Origin: a virus | Taxonomy: Duplodnaviria > Caudoviricetes | Length of the DNA: 55,442 nt | Reading direction: 5' to 3' (one strand) | Virus record (IMG/VR): IMGVR_UViG_3300027859_000018 | Span: 1 to 55,442 of that record | Shown here: positions 30,205 to 39,159 of the stretch, in pieces | How positions within the stretch are numbered: the first letter of the stretch is position 1 | Layout of the letters: every line of letters starts with the position of its first letter | Translations under genes and position numbers: made by a program | Notes under the pieces: generated by a model | The model's database searches: none | The model's input: only the letters and a program-made list of their open reading frames with translations | Told to the model about the DNA's origin: nothing

Positions 30205-30662
30205 AAAAAATAAGTAAACACGTTAGCTATAAAGAAGGTGTGTATAGCAATACAGCGACGAGATTAGGTTTAGAAAATAAACCTACTGACGAACATTTAG
30301 CTAATATGGAATTATTAGCAGAAAAGATTTTTGAACCATTACGTCAATACGTTAATGGACCAATAAAAATAAACTCATTTTATCGTGGACCTGAATTAAA
30401 TAAAGCGATCGGTGGATCAAGTAAATCACAACATTGTAATGGCCAAGCTATTGATATTGATGATACCTATGGCTATGCTTCTAATGCAGCAATGTATGAT
30501 TATGTTAAAGCTAATTTAAATTTTGATCAGATGATATGGGAATTCGGTACGGATCAAAACCCAGATTGGGTTCATATATCGTATGTAAATGAAGAAGCTA
30601 ATAGAAACAGATGTCTAAAAGCATATCGTGAAGACGGTAAAACTAAATATAAAGTAATATAG
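30201..30662 (+). CDS. Endolysin, peptidase M15 family
   Basis: SFYR...N...GG...SQHCNGQAIDI...WVHISY zinc-peptidase signature. Confidence 0.88.
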   Translation: MKKISKHVSYKEGVYSNTATRLGLENKPTDEHLANMELLAEKIFEPLRQYVNGPIKINSFYRGPELNKAIGGSSKSQHCNGQAIDIDDTYGYASNAAMYDYVKANLNFDQMIWEFGTDQNPDWVHISYVNEEANRNRCLKAYREDGKTKYKVI

Positions 30663-30663
30663 T

Positions 30664-31470
30664 TTATTGTTGAGATCTTGGTACAATAGTTGACTTAGGA
30701 TTAAATTTAGGCGCAGTAACTACTATAGTTTCACCTTTCATCCATCCCGTGTATTTAATATTTTCTTTTTTTAAGTTACTTAGCAAATGCCATTTAACTA
30801 ATCCTCTTCTTTGTAAAAAAGAAACATAATTCATTTCAAGCTCAGAATCATGAGCAGATTTATCCCAAACATATACAGGCAAATGCCAGCTATGCGGTCT
30901 ACAATTACTAGCTACTTTCTTTTTACTTATAGAATTAGCGTTTAATTGTTTATTAAAAAAATCAAAACCTATTAAGTCAATACTTTTATAGGTTTTTATT
31001 TTATCTATAAACCAAATTAAAGTTATAAAACCTGCGCTTGGTCTTTCAGTAGAAGTGTCTAATATATCTTTACCAAATTCTTTCCAAATTCGTATTAATT
31101 CTTCATCAGAATACATTTGAGTATATTCAGGAAAATCTTTTGGCAATCTATCTTCTAATATCCAATCTTTTAATTTTATATTACCTCTGCTTCTATTGAC
31201 TAATATTTTAGTATTTTTAAACTTACCTGTTTTAAATTCTTTTTTTAAACTATTAAATGATGGTGCTCTAAATTGGCCTGTAACCCAAATATCACATTTA
31301 GTACCAATAGATTTTTCTTGCAAAGGATTAGCTTTAATAGCTCTTCCAAATCTAACTACAATATCATAGCTATCTATAAAATCACCTTTTTGGTGTTCCA
31401 TTATTTCAACAGAGTTACCTATAAATATAATTCTTTTATCTTTTACAAACTCTCGTATACTTTCCACCAT
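30664..31470 (-). CDS. GT29 (sialyltransferase-like) glycosyltransferase
   Basis: Sialylmotif L-like IFIGNS...FIDSYDIVVRF...GTK, S-like PSAGF...LIGFDF, VS-like HDSELE. Confidence 0.7.
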   Translation of the reverse strand: MVESIREFVKDKRIIFIGNSVEIMEHQKGDFIDSYDIVVRFGRAIKANPLQEKSIGTKCDIWVTGQFRAPSFNSLKKEFKTGKFKNTKILVNRSRGNIKLKDWILEDRLPKDFPEYTQMYSDEELIRIWKEFGKDILDTSTERPSAGFITLIWFIDKIKTYKSIDLIGFDFFNKQLNANSISKKKVASNCRPHSWHLPVYVWDKSAHDSELEMNYVSFLQRRGLVKWHLLSNLKKENIKYTGWMKGETIVVTAPKFNPKSTIVPRSQQ

Positions 31471-32084
31471 GCTATTGAATCTTCAGAATTTTTATATTTA
31501 TCAAACCAAGGCCCTCCATTTGTATAATGTAAAGCTCTTGCATTATTACATTTGTAATGCCCTACTAAACAATTATATTCCATAGGTATTTCACCTATAC
31601 TATAAGCCCATCGTAATTCATGTAACAATGAAGGTGTCGCTTTATCTAAATAAGCTTTTTCTAAATGTTGTAATTTATTACAATTAAATATCATAAGAGA
31701 GCTCCAGTTTTTTCTTGGATATGTTTTATTTTCAACACCATCCATTTTATTACCTGTTGCTTTATATGTAGGGTGTTTAACAACAGCCACATCATTATCA
31801 CCTAAATAATCTAATAATTCTAATGGATTACATCTCCATAAAAAATCATTATCACAGAACATAGCTATACCTTTATAGTTGCATAGTAAAGGTACATAAA
31901 ACCTAGTAAATGAAAATTCTGTAGATTCACCTGGTATATCTTCTCTACCGTATATACCTTGCTCCTTTAATTTAAATTTATCTAAATAGTTTATATTTAA
32001 TTTACTATTAAAATTTAACATAGATTGTTTGCAAACTTCTGTAGCTTGCGGATATTTACTATCGTGTCCTATAAATATTCTCAT
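31443..32084 (-). CDS. GT-A (GT8/CDI-like) glycosyltransferase
   Basis: IFIGHD, STEFSFTRF, DxD motif FCDNDF, YPRKNWSS, HYTNGGPW. Confidence 0.8.
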   Translation of the reverse strand: MRIFIGHDSKYPQATEVCKQSMLNFNSKLNINYLDKFKLKEQGIYGREDIPGESTEFSFTRFYVPLLCNYKGIAMFCDNDFLWRCNPLELLDYLGDNDVAVVKHPTYKATGNKMDGVENKTYPRKNWSSLMIFNCNKLQHLEKAYLDKATPSLLHELRWAYSIGEIPMEYNCLVGHYKCNNARALHYTNGGPWFDKYKNSEDSIAWWKVYESL

Positions 32085-32425
32085 ACTTTCTTACCTGATG
32101 TTCTTCTATTAATATCGTCGTGATTAAATTCAGCCCAGTATAATTCAAACGCAACGCCATCTTCTAATCCTTCAAACTGATGGAATTTACCAGGTTTAAC
32201 CATAGTAAAATCACCGGCTTCAAGTATTGTCTCGTCAATTAAACCTTGGTCGTCTTGCCAAACTCTTATTATCATCTTACCAGACTCAACAAAAAATCCG
32301 TTCCATTTAAATTTATGTTCATGTTCTGAACATTTAAATCCTTTATTATATTCTATTCTATGAAATTCTAATACACCATTTTTGTGTACCATTTCTGTTT
32401 TACCCCAAATTTTTCCTGCTTTCAT
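32081..32425 (-). CDS. Cupin domain protein (sugar isomerase/epimerase-like)
   Basis: CSEHEHKFKWNGFFVESG and GDFTMVKPGKFHQF cupin motifs. Confidence 0.8.
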   Translation of the reverse strand: MKAGKIWGKTEMVHKNGVLEFHRIEYNKGFKCSEHEHKFKWNGFFVESGKMIIRVWQDDQGLIDETILEAGDFTMVKPGKFHQFEGLEDGVAFELYWAEFNHDDINRRTSGKKV

Positions 32426-33225
32426 TATTTACTTTCTTTAAAATACGGTTTAGACCAAGTTTTCTTTTGCATTTTTCTATGCGGTCTTATTTTAGGTTCA
32501 GGTAAAGCATCTGGAACCCAGTTATAGTTTTTTCTTCTTTTATTTTCTTTATCAGAAGTTATTTTAAAATTATCTAATGTTTGATTTTTCTTATTATAAA
32601 AATGCGCACTTATAAGCATTCTTGGCCCTATAGTTTCAACTTTATGATATTGATATGTAGGTATATATAATAAATCGCCTTCATCTAAAACAAATTCATC
32701 TAATATAGTTTTAGGTTCCATAGGTTTAAACTCTTTATACATAGTCCATTTAGTTCTTCCTTCTGTGTGAAATAAAAAGTTTTCTGTACTATCTGCATGA
32801 ACAGGAAATGATTTTGAGTTTGCTTGCGGTGAAGCATATACATTACAACAACCATTACCAAAATATTTTTCTAATGCAAAACAAACATCAACTAATTCTT
32901 GTTTTTCATATTCCATCAAAGCTAACACAAATGTTTTACCATCTTTCCATAACTTATATATTTCGTCTTTAGTTAGCATAGGTAATCTTAATGTACCTTT
33001 TTTAACCTTATCTAAACACCATCTTGTGTTTTTATTATCATAGTTTAATATTTGTAAACTTTTTACATCAGGTACTCTATTTAAATAATTATTTAAATCT
33101 TTAAATGTATATAAATTATTAAATTTATTTCTACGTATTACTAAATGTTTTTTGCCCCAATACTCTTTAAAAAATGTATTTACATCTATAGGGCTTAGTA
33201 TTTCTTTTAATGTTATTTTATCCAT
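32425..33225 (-). CDS. JmjC / cupin-4 (YcfD/ROXA-like) 2OG-Fe(II) hydroxylase
   Basis: FFKEYWGKK N-terminus; NVYASP...FPVHADS (HxD); EG-x-x-x-W; LDEGDLLYIP...YH (distal His). Confidence 0.82.
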   Translation of the reverse strand: MDKITLKEILSPIDVNTFFKEYWGKKHLVIRRNKFNNLYTFKDLNNYLNRVPDVKSLQILNYDNKNTRWCLDKVKKGTLRLPMLTKDEIYKLWKDGKTFVLALMEYEKQELVDVCFALEKYFGNGCCNVYASPQANSKSFPVHADSTENFLFHTEGRTKWTMYKEFKPMEPKTILDEFVLDEGDLLYIPTYQYHKVETIGPRMLISAHFYNKKNQTLDNFKITSDKENKRRKNYNWVPDALPEPKIRPHRKMQKKTWSKPYFKESK

Positions 33226-34939
33226 CGCATGCTAAACAATTTTCATCCATAGCTTGATCAGCAATATCGCCTCTAAGTACAGATTCGGTTCTCATATAAT
33301 ATAATGTTTTAATTCCTTTTTTCCAAGCAGCCATATGAACTTTATTAAGCCATTTAGGTGTAGCTTCACTTGGAAAAGCTAAGTTTAATGAAACAGATTG
33401 ATCGATATATTGTTGACGTATTCCTGCTTGATTAACTAATTCTAATTGATTTATTTCCTTAAAAGTTTTAAATATTTCTTTTACGGATATATCGTGAGGT
33501 CCATGCGTAACGTTGTCTAATTGTTTTAAACCTTGTATAGAACCTCCGTCTTTTAATATTTGATTCCATATTCTTTCGTTGTCTATCTTATTTTTTCTTA
33601 AGATTTTTTTAAGAGTCGGATTTTTACGGATGAAAGTACCTTTTGCACTTTGCTCTGTGAATACATTAGCTGCCCACGGCTCAATACCTGGGCTAACGTT
33701 TCCACTAAGCTTAGAGTTAGAGACAGTAGGAGCAATAGCGCGTAAGTGGGTATTACGTAAACCAGTACCGACACACCAAAGAGGTTCTCCAAAAATTTCA
33801 GCCATAGCTCGTGAAGCTCGTTCAGACTCGATTTTAATTTGTGAAAATATTTTTCTTGTTTCATATGTTGCTAATAATCCTTCAAATGGTAAACCTTTTT
33901 CCTGCAAATATGTATGCCAGCCAAGCACACCTAATCCTAATGCTCTACCTTTTTCAGCAGATCTAACAGAATTATGGAAGCCAACTTTACCTTTTGACTT
34001 TTGTATAAATTCTTCTAACACGCCATCTAAAAACCAAGTGGCGTCATATATTAAGTTTGTTCCTTTCCATTCATCGTACTTGGCTAAGTTTAACGATGAT
34101 AAACAACAAACAAACGAATGTGATTCATCAGTGTGTAATGTAATCTCACTACATATGTTTGTCATATGCACTTTTAATCCGTGCTTTTTGTAAGCTGTTG
34201 GGTTACTCTTGTTTGTATTTCCCTTAAATAAGATATAAGGTTCTCCAGTTGCTTTACGTTTTTGAAGTAGCTTACCCCATAGCCTCCTTGCTTCTTGATC
34301 TCCGTTATCAAGTCTTCGCATGAACTTGTCGCCGACCACAGCGCACTGGTGTAAGTTGAGCGATTGACGATTAATGTCTCCTTTAGGTTCACGTATTTCC
34401 AACCACTCTTCAAAGTCGGGGTGATCAATATTAATATTAACGCTTGCTGCTCCTCTTCGGACAGATCCTTGATTCGTGGCAAGTATAGTGCTATCGTAGA
34501 TTTTACAAAACGGCACAGTTCCATCAGATGTTCCATTTCCAGTTATGTTTGCACCAGCGGGTCTAATCATATTAAGTCCGATACCAACTCCACCGCCGTG
34601 CTTAGCGAGTAGCATCATCTCCAAGTTCTTCATACCAATATCGTATATGCTGTCTGCAACATCGATACCAAAGCATGATATAGGCAATCCTCGATCTGTG
34701 CCTGTATTAGATAGCACAGGAGAAGCTAAACATAACCAACCCTTCCATATGTATTCAAAAAAAGTTTCAGTTAGTTCTGGGCGATTTAAACGCTTCGCTA
34801 CAGTTGTGCATACACGCATATAAGCATCTTTTGGTGATTCACCATTAACTAAATAGCCTCCAGCTATTGTTTTCTTATATACATCTGTATCACCCCATGA
34901 AGGATAATCAATATTTTTTTTCCAATCGTTATTCCACAT
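33218..34939 (-). CDS. nrdA: Ribonucleotide reductase class I alpha subunit (short, no ATP cone)
   Basis: LPISCF, GGGVG, TNICSEI, AIAPT, KTLYY, C-terminal CLAC. Confidence 0.95.
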   Translation of the reverse strand: MWNNDWKKNIDYPSWGDTDVYKKTIAGGYLVNGESPKDAYMRVCTTVAKRLNRPELTETFFEYIWKGWLCLASPVLSNTGTDRGLPISCFGIDVADSIYDIGMKNLEMMLLAKHGGGVGIGLNMIRPAGANITGNGTSDGTVPFCKIYDSTILATNQGSVRRGAASVNINIDHPDFEEWLEIREPKGDINRQSLNLHQCAVVGDKFMRRLDNGDQEARRLWGKLLQKRKATGEPYILFKGNTNKSNPTAYKKHGLKVHMTNICSEITLHTDESHSFVCCLSSLNLAKYDEWKGTNLIYDATWFLDGVLEEFIQKSKGKVGFHNSVRSAEKGRALGLGVLGWHTYLQEKGLPFEGLLATYETRKIFSQIKIESERASRAMAEIFGEPLWCVGTGLRNTHLRAIAPTVSNSKLSGNVSPGIEPWAANVFTEQSAKGTFIRKNPTLKKILRKNKIDNERIWNQILKDGGSIQGLKQLDNVTHGPHDISVKEIFKTFKEINQLELVNQAGIRQQYIDQSVSLNLAFPSEATPKWLNKVHMAAWKKGIKTLYYMRTESVLRGDIADQAMDENCLACDG

Positions 34940-35196
34940 TATAAACTACTTATTAAATGTTTTATCCACGCAAATAAACCGTTAAGGTTTAATGCTACTA
35001 AGTTCCATTGTTTTCTTGACCCTGTTTGTATCATTACACAAATAAAGCCTATTATGTATAACCAAGGTTCTAGTGTCCATTGAGCGGCAACTAAAAGTCC
35101 GGCACCCATATATCCAATACGGGTAGCCATTCTTTCAAATGGTCCAAGTTGTCTTCTTCTTTCAACAAGAAACCTTTTATATTTATTTATTACCAT
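34939..35196 (-). CDS. Small membrane protein between nrdB and nrdA
   Basis: 85 aa with 2-3 hydrophobic segments; overlaps both neighbours. Confidence 0.65.
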   Translation of the reverse strand: MVINKYKRFLVERRRQLGPFERMATRIGYMGAGLLVAAQWTLEPWLYIIGFICVMIQTGSRKQWNLVALNLNGLFAWIKHLISSL

Positions 35197-36176
35197 ATGT
35201 CTTCAAAGTCTTCTCCTTCGTTTGCTTTACTATAATCAGTTGGCCTAACCGCGAAAAAATCAGTATGGGTATGGCCCCCGGTAAGATGATCAAACCAAGA
35301 CATATTTTCAATACATTTGGGGTCGTAAAACGTGAAGTCCCATTGTTTATACTTTTTAGTTGTGTAACCCAACTCCGCAAGTTTGTCACCAACTCTTTTC
35401 TTAATAAAGTGTACCAAGTCATATTTTTTCATTCCATCTATATCACCCATCTCAAATATCTTATTAATATAAGACATTTCAGCATTGTGCATTGTTAAAG
35501 CTGCTTCAAATATATGTGGTTCACATTCCTTTTTTAATCCTGGTATTTGCGAACACATATGTCTAAACAGTTGGCAGCCCATCTTACTGTGTAGACTTTC
35601 ATCTCTTACAGACCATTTCATCTGCTGCCCGATACCCTTAAGTAGATTCCGCATTTGAAAAGAATAAAGAACTGCAAAAGCACTATATAAAGATACTCCT
35701 TCTGCGAAAGCAGAGAAAACAGCCAATGACTTTCCAATACCCACGGGATCGTTGCCATCATATGCAACGAGATTGTCAAAACGAGCAGCCGTAGCTGGTT
35801 CATGTAAGAACGCCTCGTAATCCTCCAGTCCAAGTGTTTCATTTAAATAACTATAAGCTACAGCATGTATTGTTTCTTGTGAGCCGAACATCATAGCCAT
35901 TTGCTGTATCTCATGTTTAGGAAACCATGACACGACTTTCTGTGTCCAATAATCAGACACTGCACATTCTGTTTGTGCAAAACCTAATAGTATATTACCT
36001 ACTAAGTTTTTTTCCTCTGGAGTTAATTTTTCATTCCAGTCTTTTACATCACCACTCATTGGTATTTCAGTATGTAACCAAAATGCTTGAGCTTGTTTTA
36101 ACCAACCCTCAGTATAATACTCAGGGTATTCAAAAGGTTTATAAGGTATTCTTTCTGTAAATATAGGTGCTTTCAT
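35190..36176 (-). CDS. nrdB: Ribonucleotide reductase class I beta subunit
   Basis: AFWL, QETIHAVAYS, AEG, RDESLH, DFF...TDY. Confidence 0.95.
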   Translation of the reverse strand: MKAPIFTERIPYKPFEYPEYYTEGWLKQAQAFWLHTEIPMSGDVKDWNEKLTPEEKNLVGNILLGFAQTECAVSDYWTQKVVSWFPKHEIQQMAMMFGSQETIHAVAYSYLNETLGLEDYEAFLHEPATAARFDNLVAYDGNDPVGIGKSLAVFSAFAEGVSLYSAFAVLYSFQMRNLLKGIGQQMKWSVRDESLHSKMGCQLFRHMCSQIPGLKKECEPHIFEAALTMHNAEMSYINKIFEMGDIDGMKKYDLVHFIKKRVGDKLAELGYTTKKYKQWDFTFYDPKCIENMSWFDHLTGGHTHTDFFAVRPTDYSKANEGEDFEDIW

Positions 36177-36177
36177 A

Positions 36178-36336
36178 TTAATTTTTCCATTCTATGGCAA
36201 GGTCGAAAAAAGGTATATAAAATACCACTTGTGACCAAACAGGTCCTTCATATGTTCTTACACCGAATAATAATCCAGGGTACATACCAAGTGCCATTGA
36301 CCAACTATCTTCCTTGTCCTTTGTATTTTTTGACAT
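36178..36336 (-). CDS. 52-aa hypothetical protein
   Basis: MSKNTKDKEDSWSMALGMYPGLLFGVRTYEGPVWSQVVFYIPFFDLAIEWKN. Confidence 0.6.
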   Translation of the reverse strand: MSKNTKDKEDSWSMALGMYPGLLFGVRTYEGPVWSQVVFYIPFFDLAIEWKN

Positions 36337-36442
36337 AATTTTTACTTGATTTTACATTACTTGATTTTGACTTAGCATGAATGCCAGGTCTTTTCTTTTT
36401 TGCTTTTCTTATATATTGATATATATTTATTTTTTTAGCCAT
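36305..36442 (-). CDS. 45-aa basic peptide (KRPGxHxK...YKGQG)
   Basis: MAKKINIYQYIRKAKKKRPGIHAKSKSSNVKSSKNYVKKYKGQGR. Confidence 0.65.
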   Translation of the reverse strand: MAKKINIYQYIRKAKKKRPGIHAKSKSSNVKSSKNYVKKYKGQGR

Positions 36443-36608
36443 AACACTTTACATTATATTTATCATGTATATATTCTAAGTCCTTCCACTTTAAATACCC
36501 ACGTGTACTAATGCTCCATTTTATAAACGTATCAATTTTACGTTCTTTATACTTTCGTCTAGCTAAATGCTTGGCTGACTCTCTAGTATTTCTATTACCT
36601 TGTCGCAT
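36435..36608 (-). CDS. 57-aa hypothetical protein
   Basis: MRQGNRNTRESAKHLARRKYKERKIDTFIKWSISTRGYLKWKDLEYIHDKYNVKCYG fills the gap. Confidence 0.5.
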   Translation of the reverse strand: MRQGNRNTRESAKHLARRKYKERKIDTFIKWSISTRGYLKWKDLEYIHDKYNVKCYG

Positions 36609-37024
36609 TCTTTTTGATTTTGTGGTTTAAATAAAGTATAGTTTGGAAACTGTTGTGTTACCAATCTTTTAAATAATTTCCATCTCATTGGAAATGATTC
36701 ATTAGGTCTACCTTTTGTTTCTATAATAAAGTCTTTGCCAATAAAATCTGGCGTATACTTTATAGGTAATACTCTTTTACTACCTCTATTTTTGAATAAG
36801 CCTTTGCTGTTGGCTTGTCTTTCATAAGCTTCATTGTCAAAATGAAAACCATTTAATAACACAAATGTTTCACCCTCGTATTTAGCTTTTATACCTGCTT
36901 TTTTTAAAGCACAATACATATACTTTTCTAATCCAGAAGCAAAAGTGATACCATCGTATTCAACTTTTTTTGAAACAACAGGTCCTCTTTTTTTTCTTCT
37001 ATAATATCTCTTCTTCATTAACAT
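36563..37024 (-). CDS. T7 endonuclease I-like Holliday junction resolvase
   Basis: FASGLE...YE...YTPDF...IIETKG. Confidence 0.8.
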   Translation of the reverse strand: MLMKKRYYRRKKRGPVVSKKVEYDGITFASGLEKYMYCALKKAGIKAKYEGETFVLLNGFHFDNEAYERQANSKGLFKNRGSKRVLPIKYTPDFIGKDFIIETKGRPNESFPMRWKLFKRLVTQQFPNYTLFKPQNQKECDKVIEILESQPSI

Positions 37025-37283
37025 CGATGTTAGATATATTATTATTGAATTCTTCTTCGCTGACCATATATCTTTTTAGCATAGCTTCTTCTATCTCATC
37101 AGATAAAACAGCTTTAACTTTTTCAATATAATTTACAGCATCCATTAATTCTTCTTGTATATGTGTTAGCCATTTATCTAATGACTGTTCATCGTCGTGT
37201 AACGTTACGCCATACTTTTTATAGCCTACGTCTGAGCGTTGCTTAATCTTATTAATAACTCGCTCGATTATTTTATCTCTCAT
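36999..37283 (-). CDS. All-alpha NTP pyrophosphohydrolase-like protein
   Basis: R-x-x-x-G-x-x-KYG...W...H-x-QEELMDA-x-NY. Confidence 0.6.
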   Translation of the reverse strand: MRDKIIERVINKIKQRSDVGYKKYGVTLHDDEQSLDKWLTHIQEELMDAVNYIEKVKAVLSDEIEEAMLKRYMVSEEEFNNNISNIDVNEEEIL

Positions 37284-38046
37284 CTTTTACAAATGTTCCG
37301 TTAATCATTTTACCTTGTCTGTCTGATATTTGATTATATGCAGACGCAATACATGTTTCAACTTTAACGTTACGTTGTTCTGCTAAATTAGTTAATACAA
37401 CTATCATATCACCTATAGCATCAACAATCTCAGCTTGGTCATCTTTTAATAATGCCTTTGCTAATTCTCCAGATTCTTCCTGAAGTTTTACGTATTGAGT
37501 TTTTACATCACCGTTCTCATATATACCTCGTACTTGAGCCCAGTTTCTAATTGAATCGAATATACTTTGTTGAGACTCTATGTGTTTTACTAAACTTTCT
37601 AAGCTATTAGCATTATTGAAAAATTCAATCATTGCTTTATTATACACATAACATCTATTTTTGTTATACATTGATTCATGAGCATTATCTACAATCCAAT
37701 GAGCTAACTCCATATCTAATGATACTTTGCCAAACTCAGTTTTCCAGTTCATTCCTAGACTATCCATTAGTCTACCTTTTAATTTATTAAGAGGTACCGG
37801 AAATGTTGTAGTTTGCTCGGTTACGTTTATTTTCATTTTAAATAAATTTTTATATAATTTGTTATCTTGCTTATATCCATAAGACTTTTGAAGTTCTAGT
37901 TCCTTCTCAGATATATAATCAATATCTTCAGAAGATTCTAAAACTTCATATTCACCAGGTTTATAACCCTGCGTTTGCGTAACCCTTTTATTAAGATTAC
38001 GTGTAACACCAATTTTTTTACCCGGAATGTGATATAAATGATACAT
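37273..38046 (-). CDS. MazG-like pyrophosphatase with N-terminal GIY-YIG-like extension
   Basis: C-terminal KLQEESGELA...DAIGD...VL; N-terminal YHLYHIPGKKIGVT-x-N-L-x-x-R. Confidence 0.7.
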   Translation of the reverse strand: MYHLYHIPGKKIGVTRNLNKRVTQTQGYKPGEYEVLESSEDIDYISEKELELQKSYGYKQDNKLYKNLFKMKINVTEQTTTFPVPLNKLKGRLMDSLGMNWKTEFGKVSLDMELAHWIVDNAHESMYNKNRCYVYNKAMIEFFNNANSLESLVKHIESQQSIFDSIRNWAQVRGIYENGDVKTQYVKLQEESGELAKALLKDDQAEIVDAIGDMIVVLTNLAEQRNVKVETCIASAYNQISDRQGKMINGTFVKDER

Positions 38047-38915
38047 TATTTTCCAACATTTAATTTTGCCTTAATAGCAGGCAAAGGGTTATAATTAATT
38101 AATTCAAATTGTTTTTTCTTAGGTATTTCTAATCCAGGATTACTTCTGTGACCGCCTTTAAATATAATACCATCTCCATGTATTTTTAGCTTTGGTAATT
38201 CTATATGATCTGTTTTTCTATAAACATAAGTACTTGCGGCATCTAAATGATTTAAATATAAATGACAATCTCCAAGCTGACCTATTAATTTACCTGGTGT
38301 ATATTCAGTGTTAACACATAGTAATTCTAGTAATATACCGTACATTGCAATATCATATGGTAAACCTAAAAACACATCAGCTGAACGTTGAATCCACATT
38401 AAGTCCATTGTATTATTAGTATTAACATTAACTTGTACTGCATAATGACACGGTGGTAATACCATATTTTTTAATTTATCAGCTCTCCACGCATTTATAA
38501 TATGCCTCCTTGAATAAGGATCAATAATTACGCCGTAAATTAAATTCATTAATTGGTCATAACCATTAAAGTCGCGCCATTGTGCACCATATACTGGTCC
38601 TAGCTTTCCGTCTTTACGACCTGACCTTTTGTAATCATCATCCCAATAATGAACACCATTCTCGTGTAAATAACCTAAGTCTGTTCTACCATTTAATATC
38701 CACAATAATTCAGTAATAGCATGATTAAAATACATCTTCTTACCAACTAATAATGGAAATCCTAAAGACATATCGTGTTCAATTTGTCTACCAAATAAAG
38801 ACTTAGTGCCTATACCTGTTCTATCTTTTTTCTCAGGAGCAGACTGCAATAGGTTTGCTAATAAAGCTCTATAACTATTTTCTATATTTGTCATAATAAT
38901 ATTTTTGATATTCAC
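38046..38915 (-). CDS. thyA: Thymidylate synthase
   Basis: DRTGIGT, ELLW, GPVYG-x-QWR, LPPCH, QRSADVFLGLPYD, GDCHLY-x-NH. Confidence 0.95.
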   Translation of the reverse strand: MNIKNIIMTNIENSYRALLANLLQSAPEKKDRTGIGTKSLFGRQIEHDMSLGFPLLVGKKMYFNHAITELLWILNGRTDLGYLHENGVHYWDDDYKRSGRKDGKLGPVYGAQWRDFNGYDQLMNLIYGVIIDPYSRRHIINAWRADKLKNMVLPPCHYAVQVNVNTNNTMDLMWIQRSADVFLGLPYDIAMYGILLELLCVNTEYTPGKLIGQLGDCHLYLNHLDAASTYVYRKTDHIELPKLKIHGDGIIFKGGHRSNPGLEIPKKKQFELINYNPLPAIKAKLNVGK

Positions 38916-39159
38916 TTATTTTTTTCCATATTTCGCCAGGACCAAATGGCTCTGGACTTGTACCTAATTTTTTTCTATTAGGATATACCCCTTGTTCTAT
39001 ATCTATATACCATAAGCTTTCACCCCATTTAGCTTGCCTAGGAGTTATTATCATATTATTTGCTATACACCAACGTAAAGCTTCATCATCACCTGTATTA
39101 CGATGATAGCTACCCATATGATTTTTACTTTTTTTATATCTAGGCATTACGCTTCCCAA
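38875..39159 (-). CDS. Hypothetical protein
   Basis: ORF packed between helicase and thyA. Confidence 0.65.
   Translation of the reverse strand: MGSVMPRYKKSKNHMGSYHRNTGDDEALRWCIANNMIITPRQAKWGESLWYIDIEQGVYPNRKKLGTSPEPFGPGEIWKKISEYQKYYYDKYRK

Noticed and set aside
30655-30670. Bidirectional terminator at the convergence of the two arms
   Set aside because: The stop codons are 1 nt apart and no convincing hairpin was seen
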